NCBI GenBank assembly: GCA_017478085.1
Contig: JAFVEE010000121.1
Location: forward strand, 3,214 to 67,213
DNA from: Prevotella sp.
Lineage (GTDB): Bacteria; Bacteroidota; Bacteroidia; Bacteroidales; Bacteroidaceae
Direction: 5' to 3'
DNA: 64,000 nucleotides
Positions within the stretch are counted from its first letter, which is position 1. Every line of letters starts with the position of its first letter. Shown in pieces: positions 62,764-64,000 of the stretch. The notes under the pieces are model-generated. The model did not search any database. It was not told the DNA's origin and saw nothing but the letters and a program-made list of their open reading frames with translations. The translations under genes were made by a program, and so were the position numbers.

Positions 62764-64000
62764 TTACCTCAGGGGGCTGTTGCGCCTGTCGCGAATGAGC
62801 TGCAGCTGGCCCATCAGATCCTGGTAGTGCAGGGCGTTGAGGGCATCGGCACTTGATGCCTGGGCCTTGAGGTACTGTTCCAGCTTGTCGAGGTGCTGCA
62901 GCAGGTAGAGCATGGCATCGCTACCGGCAATGCGGGCACTGGCGGCGGTCTTGTCGGCAGGCTGGTTCAGCAGTTCGTTCAGCTGGCTCACATAGCTGCG
63001 CTGCAGGTTGCGGCGCAGCTTGTTTTTCCACTCGCTGGGCTGGTCGAGGGGCTTCCATACCTGTGCAAACACATCGTCGAGATACTCGCCCATGGGGTAG
63101 GCAGCACTGCCGGTGGTGAACTTGTTGCTGAGCGTGCAGAGCACGTAGCCAGAAAGCAGCCGGCCCAGTACGTTCTCCTGCCGGGTGTTCTGGTTGGCGG
63201 TGGGGTCGATGCCCACCTTGTCGACGATCTGTGTGGGGTAGAGCCATTCGGGGGCGTCGAATATCTGGCTGCCTATGTACTGTAGGGCCTCCTTCTGCCG
63301 GCTCTTAGGCACCAAGGCCCAGGGCTCCTGCCCCGGCATGTTGTTGTGGTAGCGGCCCACAATGTTGCGCATGACATGGTTCTGGTAGCGGCCAAACTGG
63401 TTGAGCACCTCGTTGTACATCATGGAGAGGTCTTCGTACTGGTCGTTGTCCTGACGGGTCCACTGGGGCAGGCTCTCCATAACGCGCTTCAGGTTCTTGA
63501 TGCCATAGGCCGATGCCTTCATGCTGTTGTCGCCCAGGTCCTCGGTCTGGGCGCGCGGGTCTTCGCCACCCCCTTCGCCACCGAACCACAGGCGCGGGTT
63601 CTGTGCCAGCTTCTGGGTGGTCTCGTTCATCAGCTGTTCTTTCTCCTCGAACTCGTCCTTGAACTCCGGGCGCCACTGGTAGCCCCACTTGATGGCCCAC
63701 TTGTCGTAGTCGTTGATGCGGGGGAAGAGGCCACGCTCAGAGATCTTGTCCTCGGGCTGCGCCACGTAGTTGAAGCGGGCATAGTCCATGATCGAGGCGG
63801 TGTGGCCGTGGGCCTCGACCCACTGCTTGTCGCGCAGCTTCTCAACGGGCGTGGCCCACGAAGCCCCCATGTTGTGGCGCAGGCCCAGGGTGTGGCCCAC
63901 CTCGTGGCTGCTCACGAAGCGTATGAGCTGGCCCATCAGCCGGTCGTCGAACTTCATTTGGTGGGCCCGCTTGTCGTTGGGCCCGCACTGCACCATATAC
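62764..64000 (-). CDS. Zinc-dependent metalloprotease (DUF4953-like), 3' part (5' end outside window)
   Basis: HEVGHTLGLRH zinc motif; SIMDY Met-turn; YDKWAIKWGY. Confidence 0.9.
   Translation of the reverse strand, partial: YMVQCGPNDKRAHQMKFDDRLMGQLIRFVSSHEVGHTLGLRHNMGASWATPVEKLRDKQWVEAHGHTASIMDYARFNYVAQPEDKISERGLFPRINDYDKWAIKWGYQWRPEFKDEFEEKEQLMNETTQKLAQNPRLWFGGEGGGEDPRAQTEDLGDNSMKASAYGIKNLKRVMESLPQWTRQDNDQYEDLSMMYNEVLNQFGRYQNHVMRNIVGRYHNNMPGQEPWALVPKSRQKEALQYIGSQIFDAPEWLYPTQIVDKVGIDPTANQNTRQENVLGRLLSGYVLCTLSNKFTTGSAAYPMGEYLDDVFAQVWKPLDQPSEWKNKLRRNLQRSYVSQLNELLNQPADKTAASARIAGSDAMLYLLQHLDKLEQYLKAQASSADALNALHYQDLMGQLQLIRDRRNSPLR

Overview
A 64 kb chromosomal segment from a Bacteroidales bacterium, most likely Prevotella-like. 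This call rests on the gene content and on TAnnTTTG -7 promoter boxes upstream of most transcription units. The GC-rich backbone holds an AraC-adjacent TolC/HlyD/ABC efflux operon, an rprX/rprY-like two-component system, a GH2 hydrolase, a BatD-BatE fusion, prmA, rfbC, ugd, uxuA, an ileS-dksA-lspA...rsmE-ettA cluster and ligA. The main finding is an AT-rich, co-oriented operon (about 41.1-54.3 kb) between a DUF5715-like gene and ligA. It encodes a vWA-like lipoprotein, a membrane protein, a tubulin/FtsZ-fold GTPase and a large actin/Hsp70-fold (SrfB-like) ATPase split by a 1-nt frameshift. It continues with a membrane coiled-coil protein, a ZorA/MotA-like and ZorB/MotB-like ion-motor pair, a serine protease, an alpha/beta hydrolase, an exported non-specific nuclease and a membrane-anchored putative regulator. 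A heavily base-paired leader of about 300 nt ending in a terminator-like hairpin precedes it. A Gao Hhe-type (DUF4011-helicase-nuclease-DUF3320) defence gene lies 3 kb downstream. Other signals are four intergenic palindromic arrays with an exact 22-bp period, a heptamer array with an inverted partner between rprX and rprY, and a probable small gene overlapping the DUF4296 gene. All family assignments come from motif recognition by eye; no database search was run.
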